This document shows, piece by piece, positions 27,649 to 33,407 of a DNA stretch of 33,407 bases (positions are counted from its first letter, which is position 1; each line of letters starts with the position of its first letter). The DNA lies in assembly GCA_045652185.1 (NCBI GenBank), contig JAZRTU010000004.1:1-33407 (forward strand), written 5' to 3'. The DNA comes from Eubacteriales bacterium. GTDB lineage: Bacteria; Bacillota; Clostridia; Oscillospirales; CAG-382. Under the pieces are notes generated by a model. The model ran no database searches. It was given only the letters and a program-made list of their open reading frames with translations, and was not told the DNA's origin. Both the position numbers and the translations under genes were made by a program.

Positions 27649-27694
27649 TTGACAAAAATGCAAAAATATTGTATATTATGCATATCTATTGTAT
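27649..27694 (+). promoter_or_regulatory. arg operon promoter overlapped by a tandem pair of ARG-box-like operators
   Basis: TTGACA (27649-27654), 17-nt spacer, TATATT (27672-27677). There are two 18-mers, aaTGCAAaaatATTGTat (27657-27674) and taTGCATatctATTGTat (27677-27694), separated by 2 bp as in classical tandem ARG boxes. Confidence 0.55.
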
Positions 27695-27717
27695 ATAATG
27701 CAAAAATGGAGATAAAT

Positions 27718-28650
27718 ATGAAAAAAATATTCATTGACGGCGGAGCAGGGACGACAGGGCTTCGTATCGTTGAAAGGCTTAGCGGAAGAAAAGATGTTGA
27801 ATTGAAGGTGTTGCCCGATAACGAGCGTAAGGATATAAACAGACGACGTGACTGTATCAATGAAAGCGACGTGACCTTTTTGTGCCTTCCGGATGATGCC
27901 GCGAGAGAAGCGGTAACGCTCGTCGAAAACGAAAATACAGTAATAATCGATGCTTCAACGGCACATAGAACGCTTCCCGAATGGGCGTATGCGTTCCCCG
28001 AGCTTTCCGAAGCGCATCTTGAAAAAATAAAGAATTCGAAGCGCATCGCCGTACCGGGATGCCACGCGGGCGGATTTATCGCGCTCGTGTTTCCGCTCAT
28101 CGAAGCGGGAGCACTCTCGCCCGACGAAAAGCTTTGCTGTTTTTCACTGACGGGATATAGCGGCGGCGGAAAATCGATGATCGCCGACTATAACAATGAG
28201 GAGCGTTCATCTCTTTTGGACGGTCCGAGACAATACGGTCTTACCCAACAGCATAAACACCTGAAGGAAATGAAAGCGATAACGGGAATGAGCGACTTCC
28301 CGATATTTACGCCGATAGTTGGCGATTTCTATAGCGGCATGGAGGTCACAGTGCCGATCTTCGCGAGTCAGCTCGAGAGCGAGTTCGGTATCGAGGAAAT
28401 AAGAAACATCTATAGAAATAAGTATAACGGAAAAATAGTGACCTACCGTGATAATACCGACGAAAGCGGATTCCTCTCCGCAGTAAAATTGAGCGGTAAG
28501 GACACGATGGAGATCTCCGTTTTCGGAAATAACGACAGAATTTTGCTCACCGCACGCTACGATAACCTCGGTAAAGGCGCGTCGGGTGCGGCGATCGAGG
28601 CGATGAATATTGCCCTCGGGCTCGAAAAAGAAACAGGACTTGAAATTTAG
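27718..28650 (+). CDS. argC: N-acetyl-gamma-glutamyl-phosphate reductase (short, uncommon form)
   Basis: I chose the start at MKKIFIDGGAGTTGLRI (ATG 27718, with GGAG 8 nt upstream). It has the catalytic-Cys motif AVPGCHAGG and is about 310 aa. The upstream in-frame extension from 27643 runs through the promoter. Confidence 0.92.
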   Translation: MKKIFIDGGAGTTGLRIVERLSGRKDVELKVLPDNERKDINRRRDCINESDVTFLCLPDDAAREAVTLVENENTVIIDASTAHRTLPEWAYAFPELSEAHLEKIKNSKRIAVPGCHAGGFIALVFPLIEAGALSPDEKLCCFSLTGYSGGGKSMIADYNNEERSSLLDGPRQYGLTQQHKHLKEMKAITGMSDFPIFTPIVGDFYSGMEVTVPIFASQLESEFGIEEIRNIYRNKYNGKIVTYRDNTDESGFLSAVKLSGKDTMEISVFGNNDRILLTARYDNLGKGASGAAIEAMNIALGLEKETGLEI

Positions 28651-28665
28651 TTTGGAGAAATAAAG

Positions 28666-29877
28666 ATGAATTTGATAAAAGGCGGCGTGTGTGCCGCAAA
28701 AGGTTTTAGCGCAAATGGAATACATTGCGGAATAAGAGCGAATAAGTCGAAGCGCGACCTTTCGCTGATATACAGTGAAAAACGCGGCGCGGCAGCATCA
28801 GTCTATACGACCAACCTCGTAAAAGGCGCACCGCTTCTCGTTACAAAATCGAATATCGCCGACGGATATGCGAGCGCGATAATCTGTAATAGCGGAAATG
28901 CCAATACATGTAACGCCGACGGAATATTGAAAGCAAAATTGACGTGCGACCTTCTTTCAAAGGAAATGGGAATAGATTCGAAGGATATAATCGTCGCATC
29001 AACGGGTGTTATCGGACAAGTGCTTCCAATCGACCCGATAGCAAACGGTATAAAACCGCTCGTTGAAGGACTCGGTGACCATAGTGAATTCGCCGCAGAA
29101 GGTATAATGACTACCGACACGAGAATGAAGGAGATCGCTGTTTCCTTCGATATCGACGGCGTCGAATGTAAAATTGGCGGTATCGCAAAAGGATCGGGTA
29201 TGATCCATCCAAATATGGCGACAATGCTCGTCTTTATAACGACCGACTGCGCTATCACCCCGAAAATGCTCCAAATGGCACTTTCCGAGGATATCAAAAA
29301 GACGTTTAATATGGTCAGCGTTGACGGTGATACATCAACTAACGATATGGTTTCCGTGATAGCAAACGGAATGGCAGGAAACAGACTCATAAATGAACCC
29401 GACGGAAAATTCGAAACATTTATGAGAGCGCTCAATACGGTAACAGTAGCACTTTGCCGTATGATCGCAGGCGACGGCGAGGGCGCAACGAAGCTCCTCG
29501 AATGTAAGACCGACGGTGCGAAGGACGAAGAAACGGCAAAGACGGTAGCGAAAAGCGTTATCTGCTCGTCGCTCACAAAAGCGGCAATGTTCGGCGCGGA
29601 TGCCAACTGGGGACGCGTTCTCTGTGCGATCGGCTATAGCGGCGCAAAAGTGGACGTTTCGAAGATAGCAGTTGAATTCAAATCGAAAAAAGGGAAAATA
29701 CTCCTTTGCGAAAACGGCGCAGGCGTCGATTTTTCCGAAGAAAAAGCAAAAGAAATATTGCTTGAGGATGAAATCGAAATATTGATCCACCTCAATGACG
29801 GTGAATATTGCGCAACAGCTTGGGGATGCGACCTCACATATGACTATGTAAAAATAAACGGAGATTATAGAACATAA
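28666..29877 (+). CDS. argJ: Bifunctional ornithine acetyltransferase / N-acetylglutamate synthase
   Basis: GFSANGIHCGI, SGNANTCNA, the autoprocessing site GMIHPNMATMLVFITTD, and a C-terminal DYVKINGDYRT. Confidence 0.95.
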   Translation: MNLIKGGVCAAKGFSANGIHCGIRANKSKRDLSLIYSEKRGAAASVYTTNLVKGAPLLVTKSNIADGYASAIICNSGNANTCNADGILKAKLTCDLLSKEMGIDSKDIIVASTGVIGQVLPIDPIANGIKPLVEGLGDHSEFAAEGIMTTDTRMKEIAVSFDIDGVECKIGGIAKGSGMIHPNMATMLVFITTDCAITPKMLQMALSEDIKKTFNMVSVDGDTSTNDMVSVIANGMAGNRLINEPDGKFETFMRALNTVTVALCRMIAGDGEGATKLLECKTDGAKDEETAKTVAKSVICSSLTKAAMFGADANWGRVLCAIGYSGAKVDVSKIAVEFKSKKGKILLCENGAGVDFSEEKAKEILLEDEIEILIHLNDGEYCATAWGCDLTYDYVKINGDYRT

Positions 29878-30749
29878 TGGAACTTACTAACGCACAGCGC
29901 GCACAGGTGCTCATCCACGCGCTTCCATATATTCAAAAATATTATAATAAAATAATCGTTATCAAATACGGCGGAAACGCAATGATAAGCGAAGAACTCA
30001 AGGATGCAGTAATGGGCGATATCGTGCTTCTTTCACTCATCGGTATCAAGGTAGTGCTCGTCCACGGCGGCGGACCCGAGATAACGGAAATGCTCGGAAA
30101 GATCGGAAAAAAGAGCGAGTTCGTTGACGGACTTAGAGTTACCGATAAAGAAACGGCAGAAATAGTACGAATGGTGCTCTCGGGCAAGATCAATAAAGGA
30201 CTCGTCGGACTTCTCGGTTCAAAGGGCGGAAAAGCGATCGGACTTTCGGGCTTTGACGGAATGATGATAAAAGCGAAGCCGATGGACGAAAGATTGGGAT
30301 ATGTCGGCGATATAACCGAAATGAACGTCCAACCTATCCTCGACGTCCTCGAAAAAGGATATATCCCCGTCGTGTCAACAATAGGGTGTGACGACGAGGG
30401 TAACGTCTATAATATTAACGCGGATACCGCAGCGGCAAGTATCGCAGGTCGCCTCGGTGCTGAAAGCCTCATCTCAATGACCGACACAAGCGGAATTTTG
30501 AGAGATAAGGACGATCCGTCAACGCTCATCTCGAAAATATATGTCAGCGATGCGCCTCAGCTCGTCAGAGACGGCATCATCAACGGTGGAATGATCCCGA
30601 AGGTCGAGTGTTGTATCGAAGCTATCCGCAGAGGTGTACGCAAGGTGTTTATCATCGACGGAAGAATACCCCACTCAATTTTGATAGAAACGCTCACCGA
30701 TGAAGGTATCGGAACAATGTTCGTTTCGGGAGAAAAATATGAGCATTAA
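29877..30749 (+). CDS. argB: Acetylglutamate kinase
   Basis: IVIKYGGNAM, VLVHGGGPEI, YNINADTAA and GGMIPKV motifs. The start overlaps the argJ stop (TAATG). Confidence 0.95.
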   Translation: MELTNAQRAQVLIHALPYIQKYYNKIIVIKYGGNAMISEELKDAVMGDIVLLSLIGIKVVLVHGGGPEITEMLGKIGKKSEFVDGLRVTDKETAEIVRMVLSGKINKGLVGLLGSKGGKAIGLSGFDGMMIKAKPMDERLGYVGDITEMNVQPILDVLEKGYIPVVSTIGCDDEGNVYNINADTAAASIAGRLGAESLISMTDTSGILRDKDDPSTLISKIYVSDAPQLVRDGIINGGMIPKVECCIEAIRRGVRKVFIIDGRIPHSILIETLTDEGIGTMFVSGEKYEH

Positions 30750-31902
30750 GGAATTAGATAACCAATATATCGCCCATACCTACGGCAGATATCCGATAGT
30801 TTTAAAAGAAGGAAAGGGTGCGCTCCTTTTTGATGAGAACGGAAAACGCTATATCGATATGGGTAGCGGTATCGGAGTTTCCGCGTTTGGTTCATGCGAT
30901 AGTGTATGGGTGGAAGCAGTAACGAAACAACTTGAAACACTCCAGCACACCTCAAACCTCTATTATACCGAGCCGTGCGCAAAGCTCGCCGAAATACTTT
31001 GTACGAGAACGAGAATGAAAAAGGTCTTCTTCTCGAACTCGGGCGCAGAATCCAACGAGTGCGCAATAAAAGCCGCTCGAAAATACGGCTCCGATAACTA
31101 CGGCAATAAAAGAACGAAGATATTGACACTCGTTAACAGCTTCCACGGAAGAACGATAACGACGCTCGCCGCAACGGGACAAGCTGTATTCCATAAGGAT
31201 TTCCTTCCCTTGACGTCGGGCTTTGACTACGTCGAAGCAAATAATATTGATGATCTGGTCGAAAAAACGAAACAAGGCGACGTCATCGCAATAATGTTTG
31301 AAACGATTCAAGGCGAAGGCGGCGTAATGCCACTAACTAAAGAGTTTGTCGCGAAGATAGAAGAGATCGCAAAGCGCGACGACGTCTTGATGATAGTTGA
31401 CGAGGTCCAAACAGGCAACGGAAGAACAGGAAGCCTTTTCGGATATATGAACTACGGAATAACGCCCGATATCGTGACGACCGCCAAAGGACTCGGTGGC
31501 GGACTCCCGATCGGCGCAACTCTTCTCGGTGAAAAGGTCGAGAATGTGTTCGTACCCGGCTCCCACGGCTCAACGTTCGGCGGTAACCCCGTCTGTGCCG
31601 CAGGTGCGATCAGTGTCATCGAGCGTATCGACAACGAACTTCTCGCAGACGTCAGACGTAAGTCAGAATATATATTTAAGTCACTCGAGGGCGCGAAAGG
31701 CGTAAAAAGCGTCAGCGGAATGGGACTTATGATAGGAATCGAACCCGAACGAAAAAATACAGAGATCCTCGCCGAAGCGAGAGAAAAGGGTGTCTTGGCA
31801 TTGTCGGCAAAAACGAAGGTACGCCTTCTTCCGCCGCTCAATATCACCGATGACCTCCTCGCCGAAGCAATAGATATACTAAAGGAGATAATAGCGAAAT
31901 GA
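30739..31902 (+). CDS. argD: Acetylornithine aminotransferase
   Basis: The start is at MSIKELDNQYIAHTYGRYP (ATG 30739, preceded by GGGAG). Class III aminotransferase motifs are FFSNSGAESNE, DEVQTGNGRTG and TTAKGLGGGLPIGA. It overlaps argB by 11 nt. Confidence 0.92.
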   Translation: MSIKELDNQYIAHTYGRYPIVLKEGKGALLFDENGKRYIDMGSGIGVSAFGSCDSVWVEAVTKQLETLQHTSNLYYTEPCAKLAEILCTRTRMKKVFFSNSGAESNECAIKAARKYGSDNYGNKRTKILTLVNSFHGRTITTLAATGQAVFHKDFLPLTSGFDYVEANNIDDLVEKTKQGDVIAIMFETIQGEGGVMPLTKEFVAKIEEIAKRDDVLMIVDEVQTGNGRTGSLFGYMNYGITPDIVTTAKGLGGGLPIGATLLGEKVENVFVPGSHGSTFGGNPVCAAGAISVIERIDNELLADVRRKSEYIFKSLEGAKGVKSVSGMGLMIGIEPERKNTEILAEAREKGVLALSAKTKVRLLPPLNITDDLLAEAIDILKEIIAK

Positions 31903-32810
31903 AGCATCTTTTGAAGCTTTCCGACCTCAGCGAAAAAGAGATTTCGGAAATACTTAATATAGCAGACCAACTCAAATATGAGAAAAAGCACGGAATCGAG
32001 CATCATCTCTTGAAGGGCAAAACACTCGGTATGATCTTCGAAAAATCATCAACGAGAACACGTGTATCCTTCGAGGTCGGTATGTATGACCTCGGCGGTA
32101 ACGCATTGTTCCTCAGCTCACGTGACCTCCAGATCGGTCGCGGCGAGCCCGTCCAAGATACAGCACGAGTGCTTTCTCGTTACCTCGATGCAATAATGAT
32201 CCGTACCTATGCACAACAAGAGGTCGAGGACCTCGCGAAATACGGCTCTATCCCGATAATCAACGGCCTTACCGACTATTGCCACCCTTGCCAAATACTC
32301 GCCGACCTTATGACCATCCGCGAGCATAAAGGAAAGCTCCAAGGCTTGAAGCTTTGCTATATCGGCGACGGCAATAATATGGCGAACAGCTATATCGTTG
32401 GTGCAATAAAAATGGGTATGACCGTCGCAGTAGCATCACCGAACGGATATGAGCCCGATGCGGAAATAGTAAAATGGGCGAAGGAAACAGGCAGATTCAC
32501 CCTCACCACCGATATCTACGAAGCCGCATAGGACGCCGACGTCCTCTGCACAGACGTATGGGCATCAATGGGACAAGGGGGCGAAGCGAACGAGCGTAAA
32601 AAGGTGTTCGAGGGCTACCAAGTCAATAGCGAATTGATGAAGGTCGCAAAGCCCGATGCGATGGTACAGCATTGCCTCCCCGCACACCGCGGCGAAGAGA
32701 TCACCGAAGACGTCTTCGAAGCTCACGCAAACGAGATATTCGACGAAGCGGAAAACCGACTCCATGCCCAAAAAGCAGTGCTCGTAAAATGTATCCTCGG
32801 CGATAAATAA
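31899..32810 (+). pseudogene. argF: Ornithine carbamoyltransferase interrupted by one in-frame TAG (32529-32531)
   Basis: The N-terminal part has STRTRVSFE and HPCQ. After the TAG the same frame continues [15 protein letters not shown]...[10 protein letters not shown]...RLHAQKAVL. The two parts plus one codon give about 303 aa, a normal OTC length. The ATG overlaps the argD stop (ATGA). Confidence 0.85.
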
Positions 32811-32825
32811 CTCAAAATACCAAAA

Positions 32826-32858
32826 AGACAGAGAACCGACCGTTCTCTGTCTTTTTTT
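32826..32858 (+). terminator. Intrinsic terminator of the arg operon
   Basis: AGACAGAGAAC-CGACC-GTTCTCTGTCT is an 11-bp perfect stem followed by TTTTTT. Confidence 0.88.
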
Positions 32859-32949
32859 GTGAAATGACGTGCATTTGTGCATAAGTGACAAAAAACAAAA
32901 AACTTTTTTATGAAATATAGAGAAAAAGCGCATAACGGCGGTTTTGTTA

Positions 32950-32978
32950 TTGACAGGTGCGCGTTTTATTGTTATAAT
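32950..32978 (+). promoter_or_regulatory. Consensus sigma-A promoter with extended -10
   Basis: TTGACA (32950-32955), 17-nt spacer, TGTTATAAT (TATAAT at 32973-32978), about 45 nt upstream of the ATG at 33025. Confidence 0.6.
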
Positions 32979-33024
32979 AAAATCAAGCAAGAGATTGCTA
33001 ATAAAATTTTAAGGAGAAAAGGTT

Positions 33025-33407
33025 ATGAAAAAAGTTGTAGTGTTTTTGATGGCAGTATTGCTTATTGCTTTAGGAGTAATGAGCACCTCAGCAGCAAGTG
33101 TTCCGTTGACTGATATAAGGCTTTCAGCTGATTTGGGCGATGATCAGTATTTCCTTTTAAGTGATAATGTTGAATGTCATTTTAGTAATGCTGGATGGCT
33201 CTATAAAGCAAAAGCGCACACAGAGTGTTATGTTACGCCAATAAACTTCTCTTATGTTTGGGCTAGATTGCAAAATGGTACAGAGATAGTTTTTGATTCA
33301 GAATCAGGTACAAATGTAGCAGGTGTTATGACTATGGATCCTATAAAATTATCTAGTACAGTAAAACCAGAATCGGTATGGCATGGTGCATACAGAACAA
33401 TTAACGG
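33025..33407 (+). CDS. Secreted hypothetical protein (5' partial, runs off the window)
   Basis: It is not in the ORF track because there is no stop. I read the frame by hand from ATG 33025 (AAGGAG 9 nt upstream) and found no stop to 33407. Signal peptide MKKVVVFLMAVLLIALGVMSTSAAS. No family was recognised. Confidence 0.65.
   Translation, partial: MKKVVVFLMAVLLIALGVMSTSAASVPLTDIRLSADLGDDQYFLLSDNVECHFSNAGWLYKAKAHTECYVTPINFSYVWARLQNGTEIVFDSESGTNVAGVMTMDPIKLSSTVKPESVWHGAYRTIN

Noticed and set aside
27643-27717. An upstream in-frame extension of argC (MLLTKMQKYCILCISIVYNAKMEIN).
   Set aside because: It overlaps the predicted -35/-10 and ARG boxes and has no RBS. The ATG at 27718 has GGAG at the correct spacing and gives the conserved MKKIFIDGGAGTTG N-terminus.
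28803-29606. A 267-aa minus-strand ORF. Similar long antisense ORFs occur at 27597-28100, 20114-20767, 1529-2305, 911-1525, 26745-27437 and 31452-32006.
   Set aside because: All are antisense to confidently identified genes (argJ, argC, addA, the 837-aa lipoprotein, nfo, argD/argF). They are Ser/Ile/Phe-rich low-complexity sequence without start signals.
32529-32531. The idea that the in-frame TAG in argF reflects TAG reassignment or pyrrolysine coding.
   Set aside because: TAG is the terminal stop of at least three other well-supported genes in the window (9517-9519, 12037-12039, 28648-28650). No pyl genes or PYLIS-like context are visible. A point mutation or a sequencing error is more parsimonious.
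32869-32885. GTGCATTTGTGCATAAG downstream of argF as a fourth ARG box.
   Set aside because: The two TGCAT half-sites are direct repeats, not inverted, and the spacing differs from the 5-4-5 ARG-box geometry. The resemblance is probably coincidental in AT-rich DNA.
1-33407. CRISPR arrays, tRNA or rRNA genes, transposases or integrases, riboswitch or T-box leaders.
   Set aside because: I scanned all intergenic regions. There are no regularly spaced direct repeats and no cloverleaf-like or rRNA-like segments. The 5' UTRs of glyA, the arg operon, the aminotransferase and the his-like genes are too short (under about 60 nt) to hold known riboswitch or T-box structures.

Overview
This 33.4-kb window looks like core chromosome from a low-GC, endospore-forming Firmicute (Clostridia-like). 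The evidence is spoIIR, a spoVB-like flippase, addAB, AGGAGG-type ribosome-binding sites and many translationally coupled genes. I saw no tRNA or rRNA genes, CRISPR arrays, transposases or phage genes.

Gene order:
- An 837-aa lipoprotein of unknown function, a small membrane protein, and a YfcE-type phosphodiesterase.
- An SGNH-hydrolase lipoprotein on the minus strand.
- An OmpR-type response regulator with a polytopic histidine kinase.
- A two-gene membrane operon on the minus strand.
- A degenerate imidazoleglycerol-phosphate dehydratase (IGPD) paralog and a PHP-type histidinol phosphatase.
- An AsnC/Lrp regulator, a class-I aminotransferase and a DUF362-ferredoxin protein.
- ispE, spoIIR, addB and addA.
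- A spoVB-like flippase (minus), glyA, a HemZ-like radical SAM protein (minus), a cytidylate-kinase-like protein and nfo.
- An argC-argJ-argB-argD-argF operon.
- The 5' end of a secreted-protein gene in more AT-rich DNA.

No multi-gene system such as a defence island is evident. The most unusual items are:
1. The whole glyA/hemZ convergent spacer is bracketed by a 13-nt inverted repeat. It contains a dyad-symmetric array of mini-hairpins alternating with the 7-mer GTGATAT/GTTATAT and its complement. The variant 7-mer changes in a compensatory way on the two arms.
2. The IGPD-fold protein has lost most conserved Mn-binding residues and its C-terminal tail, and sits next to a PHP histidinol phosphatase.
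3. argF is interrupted by a single in-frame TAG in an otherwise intact, ArgR-box-controlled arg operon.

All functional calls come from motif recognition by eye. No database search was run.
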